NCBI GenBank assembly: GCA_964019335.1
Contig: OZ025698.1
Coordinates: 470,343-534,342, forward strand
DNA length: 64,000 nt
Origin: Diplonema japonicum
Taxonomy: Eukaryota; Protista; Euglenozoa: Diplonemea
Direction: 5' to 3'
Shown: positions 10,419-20,103 of the stretch, piece by piece
Layout of the letters: every line of letters starts with the position of its first letter
Position numbering within the stretch: the stretch's first letter is position 1
Notes under the pieces: generated by a model
The model's database searches: none
Told to the model about the DNA's origin: nothing
What the model saw: the letters and a program-made list of their open reading frames with translations, nothing else
Program-made: the position numbers and the translations under genes

Positions 10419-12226
10419 CCATCTACCAACGGACCATTTTTGCCCACCAGGGGGTAAATTTTCAAAACTTCAAAAAAAGCTATTCCAGCGCAACGCCGGG
10501 GCTATATGCCCCCGGAAATGCCTCCAGATGTCCCAATTCTAGAGAGAGGGTGCCCACAGCAGGGTCCACCCCCACAACATTGTCAAAAATATCGTTCCTG
10601 AAGTGCCCGAGAGGGGATACAAAAAACAAGTCAAAAAAAATCGACTGTAAAATTCTATAAAAAGCTATTTAAGGCCTTCTTGACGCGGTTCGTATGTGCC
10701 CCAGGGCGTGGGGGACTTCTTTTTTGACCCCGGGAGGGGTTTCTGGGGGGTATCCCCGGCAAGGTGGTAGTCTTTGAAGCACGGAGTCACGCAAAGTTGT
10801 ACCAAGCAGGCTGAACACTGAAATAGGGGTCTTTTCGACTTGCAATGCTTGCACCGCACGTTGCACTACTTTTTCGGGGAAATGGTCCCAGAAGGTACTG
10901 TCACGGCGCATTGGGGTCTCAGAGCACTCGTTCTGTATTTCGGGGCATGGTATTGGGGCAGCCTGCTCTGTAGTTGACTTTATCTGTTGTTTAGACTGCC
11001 TCCCTAGTAGCCCTTCGATGACTGCCTCTTTGAAAGGCGTAAATCCACTGTCGTTCGTACTCAGGGCGTTGGGGGGCAAGGCTTCTTTCCAAACAAGCCA
11101 AGCATTCGCCAGAGATTTACCTAACAAGTACAAAAATACTTTTAGGGGCCACTTTTAAGTCATAAGGGTGCGTTTATGGCGTTTTGTCACAGCATCACCC
11201 AGCGTCGGTTCCGCCCATTGCGGTGTTGTAAATATGCACTTGGTGGGGGGCGGGATGTCCTTTCCGGCTTTCATTCTCTTTTGGCGGACACGTCAAATTT
11301 GACTTCACCGGAACATCCAACGTCGATAGAAAGCACGCTGGCATGATGTCATGCCACGTTGTGGTGCAAAGGATGCTCGCGTGCTGGTGGAACTGGGTGT
11401 CCCCACGGGATGCGCGTCCTTGGCATGCGGCCTCGCTTCTTTGGGGCATCCATGATCTCCGGGAGGCCTTTGCGATAAGTAGAAGTCAGCACGCTTGTTT
11501 GTTTCGCTGTGGAAACACAGATTTCCCAGAATAGTCAAAAAGCGGTCTCTTGACATGACGGTGGCGTACCCAGGGGTGTAGTTGAGAGACGTGGAGCCAG
11601 TGTGCCAGTAATCAGAATAATCTGGCTTGATATCCAAGTCCATCGACAAAAGGACACCTAGGAAGGTATGCAGAGAAGCAGCATCGAGATCCAGGGAGAC
11701 ACCTTTTTTAGCCGCATTTGCCACATTGTTCCAAGTTATGACCCGAATAACGTTTGGGACGAGCATTTGGAGAATATATGGTATGGCATTGAGCCTTTGA
11801 TGTCAAAACAGGGTCCACAAGGATTTCGATCTTCACGAAACCGGATGCCTTCCAACTGCTCCGGCTTTGCCGTCCAATCACCCTGCTGTGACTAGGAATC
11901 GGTCGAATTCGTATCAGAATCACTGTTTGTATCAAAATTGCATAATAGAGATGAGCCATCGTGCTGCCATCACTCATAACGTCCTCTTCCGGCCCTCTTT
12001 CCGGGCGCCTTTTTTTGAAGTGATTTTTAAGGGTAAATTTGGGCTGGCGTTTTTTTTCATTTTTTCATTTTCTTGTTAAGTTAGGGCAGCATTTAGTTTA
12101 TTTTTTTCATATTTTCCGCGCAGGACCCCGCCGGCAAGAAAGGGCCGGGCCGTATTGCATTGAAAGCCCTTTGCGTAAAAGATTTTTTTTCAAATCGTCT
12201 ATATATAGACGCTCGTTGATAGATGG
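10419..12226 (-). mobile_element. Decayed, internally deleted piggyBac DNA transposon
   Basis: TTAA TSDs at 10415-10418 and 12227-12230; 13-bp TIR CCATCTA(C/T)CAACG. Minus-strand transposase remnants: DYW..VMSRDRFLTILGNL, WHD...LST, YNTAMGGTDAG, and the C-terminal Cys-rich domain CKHC..CSACLVQLCVTPCFKDYH. Confidence 0.9.
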
Positions 12227-12349
12227 TTAAATACAATTCTCAGTGGAGAAAAGAAACGAGAGCGAGAAGAAACTAAAGAGGAGAGAATGATAAAAAAAAA
12301 AAAAAAAAAAAGAAGAAGAAAGAAAAAAGAGAGAGAGAAATGGTTTAAG

Positions 12350-12382
<33 letters not shown>

Positions 12383-12825
12383 CACGCGGAAGAAGAAAGA
12401 AAAAAGAGAGAGAACAACAAATAGGACTCCCTGCGTACTTGTTAGTAGTCTTTTCCATCCCCCTTCTCCCACCCCCACTTTTCTTTTCTTTCTCTCTTTT
12501 TTCTTTTTTTTTGAATGCCCTCTTGTACAGGAGTGCCTGCTGAAGGGTTGCTCCTTATCAAGACTGACAAGTCGGATATCTCAGCCTATTGTTCTCCAAA
12601 GTACCTTCACAGGGTGATTAGGTCTACATGAATTGTCCATACACTCTTTTTGGCAGCTGTCAGCGGGATTTGCCCTGAAATATCGTAATTCTTTCCAAAA
12701 GGGGGCAGAACAGGGCGACCAAGAGCTTCACGATTTTTCCTTTTTTTTTTTTTTTTTTTTTTTTTTTCCCACCCCTCTCGCAAGAAAAAAAAAAAAAAAA
12801 AGAAACCCCTCATCGACAGCGATTG

Positions 12826-13251
12826 ATGACATCATGGTGGGCGCATGAAGGATCGTTCACCGAAGCCCTCAGGGAGGTGCGGCAAGGGTTCGATGAGATC
12901 TTACTGGATAATGAATCTGAGGAGGCCGCACATGAGGCAGAGGTCGTGGTGGCAGGTGGGTGCACAAAAAAAGATAGTGACAAAGACCACGGGGCAAACA
13001 TACAGCGGCTTGACGCTGGCTTGCAAAGACTGGTAGAGGCTGAAAGCAACCTCTATAAAACATCGACAGACGAATCTACGGAAAAGGAAAACCTAGTTGC
13101 CACGAAAATCGTGAAGGCGGCCCAGCTCCTCGCGCGGCATCACACCCAAGGCGTGTGTCTCTGCCGTGCGGAGGTAACCTACGAGCTGTCCCTGTACTAC
13201 AGTGTGTGGACCACCCACCCTTTTGCAGAGACGCCAAAGAAAACCCCCTAA
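12826..13251 (+). CDS. Short hypothetical protein (possibly partial or decayed)
   Basis: 141-codon protein-like ORF between homopolymer-rich spacers; no recognisable domain. Confidence 0.35.
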   Translation: MTSWWAHEGSFTEALREVRQGFDEILLDNESEEAAHEAEVVVAGGCTKKDSDKDHGANIQRLDAGLQRLVEAESNLYKTSTDESTEKENLVATKIVKAAQLLARHHTQGVCLCRAEVTYELSLYYSVWTTHPFAETPKKTP

Positions 13252-13353
13252 CCGAGTATTCCCCCCCTCCCCCCCCTCCTCTCATTTTCTTCTAAACTTC
13301 CACCAGGGTCTTTTCTTTTTTTTTTTCTTTTTTTTTTCTTCTTTTTCTCTTCA

Positions 13354-14556
13354 ATGCAGCCAAAGCGAAAGTCCCCATCTGTGACCTTTCAGGTGGTCCT
13401 CCCTTCCGAGACGATCACCGTCGAGGGGGAATCTGGTGAGCTGCTGACAGCGATAAAAAGCAAGATCGCACTGTCGAATGGGCTGCAACGAGATTCCTTC
13501 CACCTAACCTTTAATGAGGAAGAGGTGGGGGATGACGGCGATGAGAGGCTGGTCATGGACCTTCCCTTCGAGGACCAGAGCACGCTTAAGGTAGTCTGCG
13601 ACAAGAAACATTTGGCCCTGATGTCTCTGCGCGAGCTTGGAATCGAAGTAGAAGATGCGTCCGATCTTGACAACAGGTTTATCACCACCGACATCATCAA
13701 TCTCTTGCTTGACACGGAAGAGAGCGGTTGGGAATTAAATGTGATGTTTCAGGCAGTGGATCTGGCCCGTGCAGAGTGCGTCCGGGTGCTCCTGGAGCGC
13801 TCCGATGTGGATCCCAACTCGCGAGATGATGAAGACTACACTCTCCTCCATACCGCTGCCGCTAGCCACATGAAAGGGCATGAAGAAGTCGTTGGTGTAC
13901 TACTGGAGCACGGTGCCAATATTGAACAAGGTGACCCTCATGGTCTGACGGCGCTGCATTATGTGTGCGCAGTGGGGTGCACAAAGGGAGGAGGACATGA
14001 CGCAGCTAGCAGGCACAAAGTAGCATCCTTGTTGCTGGAGGAAGGCTTATACGTCGATACAGTTGTGGACTACTACGACGACGAGACTGTCCTCTTTGGT
14101 GTGGTCACTCCGTGGAGAAAGGGCTGCGAAGAGCTCGCCAAGTTGCTGTTGACCCACGAGGCTGATCCCAACTTAAGAAACACATATGGGAACACAGTGC
14201 TGAATCATCTTATTCTTTGCGGGAACAATTCACACACTGACGACAGCAAACACCGTATGGTGTCCATTCTGCTCGACCACGGGGCGGATGTCAACAAAGG
14301 CCCAAATCTGTACCACGCTGTCGCTTGCGGACACAGAAACATCGCAGCCTTGCTCCTCGAACATGGTGCCGATGTCAATGCGAAGTGCAGTGGGAAAACT
14401 GCCTTGCTCCTCGCGGCGTTCAACAATGCTCTAGACATCGTGTGCCTTCTCCTAGAGCACAATGCGGACACTTTTGCGAAGGACCAGGATGGGAGAACGG
14501 CACTGGATTTAACCAATGATGATGATGTGAAGATGAAGTTATCTCAGTCAACTTGA
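13354..14556 (+). CDS. Ubiquitin-like + ankyrin-repeat protein
   Basis: Ubl-like N-terminus (FQVVLPSETI...LTFNEEEVG...LPFEDQSTL) and multiple ankyrin repeats (TLLHTAA, GLTALHY, GKTALLLAA, GRTALDL). Paralog of the 30500 gene. Confidence 0.85.
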   Translation: MQPKRKSPSVTFQVVLPSETITVEGESGELLTAIKSKIALSNGLQRDSFHLTFNEEEVGDDGDERLVMDLPFEDQSTLKVVCDKKHLALMSLRELGIEVEDASDLDNRFITTDIINLLLDTEESGWELNVMFQAVDLARAECVRVLLERSDVDPNSRDDEDYTLLHTAAASHMKGHEEVVGVLLEHGANIEQGDPHGLTALHYVCAVGCTKGGGHDAASRHKVASLLLEEGLYVDTVVDYYDDETVLFGVVTPWRKGCEELAKLLLTHEADPNLRNTYGNTVLNHLILCGNNSHTDDSKHRMVSILLDHGADVNKGPNLYHAVACGHRNIAALLLEHGADVNAKCSGKTALLLAAFNNALDIVCLLLEHNADTFAKDQDGRTALDLTNDDDVKMKLSQST

Positions 14557-14830
14557 TTGGGGGGGGGGGGGGGAAGGAAAAAGAAAAAAGAGTGTGGAAA
14601 ATGAACCCTACCTTCGACCTTGTTTTTTATTTCCTCCGAAGAGTTCTAAAAAGATGAGGGGGCATATGAGGGTTGCTTTCAACTTCTATTCGGCCTCTGA
14701 GTTGGACGTTTAGGAAACTCTTCTGGTGGATTCTGTCTCACATCGCCTTCTATTCAATTACATTTCAGAGGAGATGCACCTTCTCGGTAGACTAGGAACA
14801 CCGAGGAATTCCCGGTTTACGCATCTTTTT

Positions 14831-17514
14831 GAGGCAGACGAATCCCCTGAACAGAGGGGACACGTGCCGTCCACCGATGACGCAGACGAGGGGACTGACA
14901 CCCCTGACTGCCCCAGGCACGCTGCGACACCAGAGAGAAAGGGTACGTAGGCTCGTAGGAGTTGCCACTAGGCAGACAACCCTACACACCACCCCCTCGC
15001 AGACAACACCCCTGCACAAGGTGAACCCTCCCGTAAAAAGGAAGGTAGAAGGCCAGTACTAAGGGCCGTGCAATCTCATTCAACACCCCTTTCACCCCCT
15101 TTCCCACACCGTCACTCACTCCCTATCCCTACTCCCAAACCCCCAACACTACACCCCATCTAAACGACGATGAAGTACTACCCAGCTTCTCAAGCCCTGG
15201 AAGCTGGGGTGACCGCAAAGGCAGCACATCATCACCACATCACCATCCCTCATCTTTCCCTCTCTCCTCGCACATTTCCTCCCCAAACAAGCACTCACAA
15301 ACTCCCGTCTCTGGTGACGAAGTATTACCCAGTATCCAAAGGCCTGGACCTAGGGGTGACCACACAGGCAATCTTCACTTTCGCAGAAATCCCGCAGCCA
15401 GCGGTCCGCACGGAAAACACTTACTGAGCTGCGGAGACATAGAAGCGAACCCCGGTCCAACCACCGAAAAGACAACAAGAGTTGAACACTCTCTCCCTCT
15501 ACTTCCTCTCTCTCACAGGCACACTCTAACACAACACCACCACCCAACAACATCAACGTACTGTCTCTCAATATCAGATCCCTAACGGTGAGCACCACAG
15601 CGCAGCTGCTGAAGGGCATTGAGACACACAACATCGACGTGCTCCTACTCCAAGAGACTTTCCTGAGGCCGTCAAAAGATATAACCGGAGTCTTCACTGG
15701 GTTCAAGGCATACCGCAGAGACCGAACACGACCGGTGAAAAGAGGAAAGCAAATCAGCGGAGGGGGTCTCGTCACACTGGTCAGAGAATCGATACCGTCG
15801 AAACAGATCGAAGTTCCTCAGAAACCCAGCGACGTGACGGAAAGACTCGACGTAGAGATCTCGCTGCCCAACCGGAAGCCGTACAGACTCGTCAACCTGT
15901 ACCTGCCTCCGACAACGGGTAGAGACGGCGACGACAGACCACCCCCCGAGAAATATTTCCGCCCAGCAGAGCTGCCTCATGACAGTCACACCATCATCGC
16001 CGGCGACATGAACGCCCACCACACGATGTGGGACAAAAGGGGCACACCGAACAAGCTGGGAGTAATACTGCACAGCTGGATGCTGCGATGGGGCTACAGC
16101 ACATGGAACAAGAGCAGCGAAGCCACGATCCTGAACCCGTCAGGAAACCCAACCTCTCCGGACATGGTAATGAGCGGCGCAGAGTTCGACAAATCTTCTT
16201 GGAGGACGTTGCCAGCAATGGGCTCAGACCACGTCCCGATGTTCTTCAGTCTGAGAGGGGGAGTCAGCCAACCGACCAGAAGAGTACTCTACTCTTGGGG
16301 GAGGGAGGCAAGGAGCGCGTACAGGGAGACGATGGAAGAAAAGTGCAGCAGGCTGCTCAGGGCCAGAGACCCGATAAGGCTAAACGCTGAGTTTCGCACG
16401 CTTCTTCTATCGGCAACCGAATCGTGCGTCCCCAGGAAAGGACAGAAGAAAGGGAAGGTTTGGTGGAACGACGAGATTGACGCACTCGCAAGGCGACGAA
16501 GCACACTGAAGGCGAAGCTGTTGTCCGAGGATCACGACGGGAACGACGAAGACCTGGCACGTCTAGCGGCGATGGAGGCAGAGCTGGACAGGGCGATATC
16601 GAGCGGGAAGCAGGCTGCCTGGGGCGACTACACCAAGAAGTTGTCCAAGGACGGAAACCTGTCGCAAGCCTTCTCGGTCATCCGCAGATTCGACGGTCGC
16701 AGCGAGAAGCCACCAGTAGCCCCGCTCCGACGAGGAAACGGTATCGCCACCACCGACAGGGAGAAGGCCAGTGTACTCGTCGAACACTACGCGAGGGCCT
16801 GCTCCCCAAGGACGACTGCCAAGTCGGAGGAAGTGATCACCGCCATCAAGAAGGACGCGAAGCCCGGGACAGACAACGACTTCCCCCTGGTAACGAAGGA
16901 CGAGCTGGACTCGGTGCTGCGAAGGCTGAAGAAGGGCAAGGCTCCGGGCCCAGACGGCATCTACAACGAAATGCTGAAGTACCTGGGACCTGTGGCCAGG
17001 GAAGTTCTACTCCTCCTCTACAACTCATCCCTCCAGACCGGTGTCGTCCCTGCCGAATGGAGGCGGTCTTCCATCATCCCCCTCATGAAAAAGGGCAAAG
17101 ACCAATCCGAACCCGCCTCGTACAGGCCGATCGCGCTGACGTCAAACATCGTGAAGACGTTGGAGCGTATAGTCAAGGACAGGATGTGCTTCCTGCAGGA
17201 CACAGGTCGGGTAAGGCAATTGCACACATCGCAGGCGGGTTTCCGCAAACGGAAAGGGAGGTCCACGGAGGAAAACGTGCTGTACGCCGCCTCAAAGCTC
17301 AAAAGTGTCAGGCTGAGCCAAGGTCTGGGGAGTCTCCTGCTGTTCGACTTCAAAGGAGCCTTCGACACAGCCTGGCACAAGGGAGTGATCGCAAAGCTGA
17401 TAGGCGACGGTTACCCTCCCAAGCTCGTGAAATGGATCACCTCTTTCCTCGACCAATGTAAAGCCTCCATCTGTGTGAACGGGGAACACGGCTGCGTGAA
17501 GACAATGACAGGGG
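14831..17514 (+). mobile_element. Non-LTR retrotransposon family A, internal fragment (ORF1 3' end, 2A motif, APE, RT N-half), decayed
   Basis: Near-identical to ~54582-57310 of the long A copy. 2A motif GDIEANPGP at 15433-15459; a 10-nt deletion after the 2A motif breaks the frame; homology stops just before the RT GVPQG motif. Confidence 0.9.
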
Positions 17515-17550
17515 CCTCGCCTGGTAGTGGAATATTTATTATTATTTATT
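17515..17550 (+). mobile_element. Extreme 3' tail (~35 bp) of a family C element
   Basis: cgcctggtagtggaata + (TTA)n-like tail matches the 3' end of the C copy at 19176-19207; followed by a degenerate target duplication. Confidence 0.7.
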
Positions 17551-17568
17551 CCAAGGAATTCCGTATCC

Positions 17569-19207
17569 TCTCATGTCCTGCCGGTGTTCACCTACTCGAT
17601 AGGCATCTTCTTCGCGATGATGACCACCCAGGACAGGAAGACGATGTGCATGAAACACGCGGGGGCGGCCCGTCGTATCACAGGGTGCGTCAAAAACACC
17701 TCCACCTCAGCCGTCATGTGCGAAGCCCGCTTACGCCCCCTCGACCTGATGGCCGATGCAGCGTCTGCTGTCCTATGGCAGAGGGCGCTAAGATGGGAAG
17801 GGACCCCGGTGAACAAGGTGGTCAGGGGTGCGGCGACCACAGGATGGACGAAAAGAGCGCTGGACACGGCAAGGAAATCCGGGCTCGGAACGGCGGCCTC
17901 CCAGCTCTTAGGGAGCACAACGAAGGCACCACCCTGGGTGGAAGGTATCCGAGTAGACCCCTACGCCACCGACACACGGAGGGCACTACCCGACGACGTA
18001 AGGGCGGCTGCGGCTGCGAAAAAACTGGCAGAGATTCCCAGCGATGCCTTGGTTGTGTACACGGACGGCTCGGTGGCGGGGGGAAGAGGAGGTGCAGGGG
18101 TCGCCATCAAGGTCCCTGACCTGGACTTCACCCTCACCACCTCGCATGGGGCCGGCGCGGTCTCCACACCCATGTGCGCCGAAGGCACCGCTATCCTGAA
18201 GGGGCTGCAGGAAGCCGGGGAGGTGTACAGGACGGCTGCGAGTCTGCGGGGGCGCCCCCTCTACCTGCTCACGGTCCCAATCGATGCTAAGGGGGCTCGC
18301 CGGTGGCCCCGGCCGACAGAGGGAGATCACGGACAGACGGATCTGGGACGCCGCTTCGTGGCTCAGGACCAAGCGCTCTGGAGACGTGCATTTCTGGTTT
18401 GTTCCCTCTCACTGCGGTGTAGCGGGGAACGAAAAGCAATCCTGTGGAGTCAGCTACCGCTCCAGCAAAGCGGCCGTGAAGGCATGGCTGAGGGGAACGA
18501 CGCTCCAGGCCATCACAGCCTCGTTACGAATGGCGACAGTCTCCCACTCCCTCCTCTGTAGGAGGGACGAGGTCCAGATCATACGACTCCGGACCGGGCA
18601 AACTCCCCTGATGAGAGGGTACCTACAGCTCAGGGGGCCCCTCAGGGCTTCGAGGGATCACCACCTCACCTGCCCCGCATGCGGCGTTCACTCTCCGCTA
18701 GACGCCGATCACCTGCTCAGGAGCTGTCCTTCCCTGGCCCCCGCTGCGAGAACCTTCTTCGACACTAGGCTGCCGCTCCGCGCGCTGCTTTCCAAGCACT
18801 CCGCCGAGGTCTGCGCCTTCATCGAGGCCTCCGGGTTCTTAACATGGTCCGAGTGTGGGATCCTCCCCCCGACCAACGCTGCTCACGGGTGAACATGAGC
18901 CCAAAATAGACCCCCCTTTTTCTTTTCCCAAACTCCCTGCCTCTCTTCCCCCCCCACACACACACACACAACCACAAAACGGGCCAAAGAACGCCTCCCA
19001 AGAGATGGTCACGGATGGCCGGGAGGGCGCAGGACGCAGCACGAGGACGCTCCTGCGTTGAATCTCGAGGGGTTCGCCCCGCATGTAATCAGCCAAGTCG
19101 GGCTGTCCCACGCAAGGGGAACGGAGAGCTGGAGGGATGGTTTATGGTTTCAACTTTCTCCGCCCCCATCCCCCCCGCCTGGTAGTGGAATAATTATTAT
19201 TATTATT
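17569..19207 (+). mobile_element. Non-LTR retrotransposon family C, 5'-truncated (RT C-terminal region, RNase H, CCHC finger, 3' UTR, (TTA)n tail)
   Basis: AARRITGC; RNase H motifs YTDGS..AEG..WFVPSHCGVAGNEK; RLRTG; CPACGVHSPLDADHLLRSC; one frameshift. Flanked by ccaaggaattccgtatcc (17551-17568) and caaaaaaaatccgtatcc (19208-19225). Confidence 0.85.
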
Positions 19208-19225
19208 CAAAAAAAATCCGTATCC

Positions 19226-20006
19226 CTGCAGACTGCTGGCCCGAACAGGAAGCACAAGGGTGTGCTCCGGTGCCCAGCCTGCCACGCAGCGCCGATGTCC
19301 AGGGAGCATGTTGTCGGTGGGTGCCCTGTGATCGGGAGGGGGGCGATCGACACTCCTGCTGGTACTCCCTCCCTAGCGTTCTCCCTGTCGAGACGCGTGA
19401 CCCAGATCTACGACCTCATTGTTGAGTCTGGCCTGCTCGCCTGGTCACGCTCCGGACTGTTCACCTCGCCATCATCCCTGGCGTCTACAGACGTCACTGC
19501 ACCTTCAAACGTGCCGCCCCCTCCTCCGGTCTCTCTTGACGCCGGTCCCGCGGCCCCCGTGCTGCGCTAAGGGATCGCCCCGCGTGTGTGTAAAGTGAAA
19601 TGTTGTGTTTTCCACTTTCCTTTCCCTTCCTTTCCCTTCCTTCCCCTTCCTCTCACTGTTTCCCATTTCCCCTTTTTTTTATTTTCACACTCACCAATGA
19701 TTCGCTCAATAGGAGCAATACCTCCCTGGGGGGCTTTCCGCCGGAGGTTCCAGCCAAAGAAGGACATCCAGCTGGAAGGTAGGCCCCCGTTTTTCTCTCA
19801 CTTGACTGAGGGAATAATGTAATTCAGCCCTCTTCGGCTGTCCCAAAGCAGAGCACGGGTTGGTGGGGGACCAGGGCTCCTCCTGCTTGCAGAAGCCTGG
19901 TCCTTTGCCCTCCCTATTTCCCCATGGTTTCCCTTCACCTTTTTTTTCCCTTTTCTCAGGTGTTGCTCTCCATGGCGGCCCTGCATTGGTATTTTGAAAA
20001 AAAAAA
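19226..20006 (+). mobile_element. Non-LTR retrotransposon family B, 5'-truncated copy (CCHC finger + 3' UTR + A tail)
   Basis: Near-identical to 26824-27588; bounded by (A)n-tccgtatcc on both sides. Confidence 0.9.
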
Positions 20007-20103
20007 TCCGTATCCGCACAAGGAGAAGGCAAAGCCGGAAGGGAACGGGGCCAGCACGCAGCTGGCCCAGTCCAAGGCCAGGGAGGAGCGGCGGGTGGAG
20101 AGG

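Noticed and set aside
14781-14812. Hairpin ttctcggt...accgagga resembling the tRNA-Asp 5' end, and ccgaggaattcc resembling the degenerate TSD
   Set aside because: The matches are short and imperfect; they cannot be distinguished from chance, so no 5'-most TSD is claimed for the stack.
15588-18119. 843-aa ORF as a single gene
   Set aside because: It reads across the A/C junction and the target duplication; the C-terminal part is out-of-frame family C sequence.
19801-19860. Canonical twister or hammerhead ribozyme in the B 3' UTR
   Set aside because: P2/P4/T2 pairings do not all fit twister and there is no CUGANGA/GAAA core; kept only as an unexplained conserved motif.
19924-20015. Track start of the 983-aa ORF
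   Set aside because: It lies in the previous element's 3' UTR, A tail and TSD, and the frame depends on homopolymer length.
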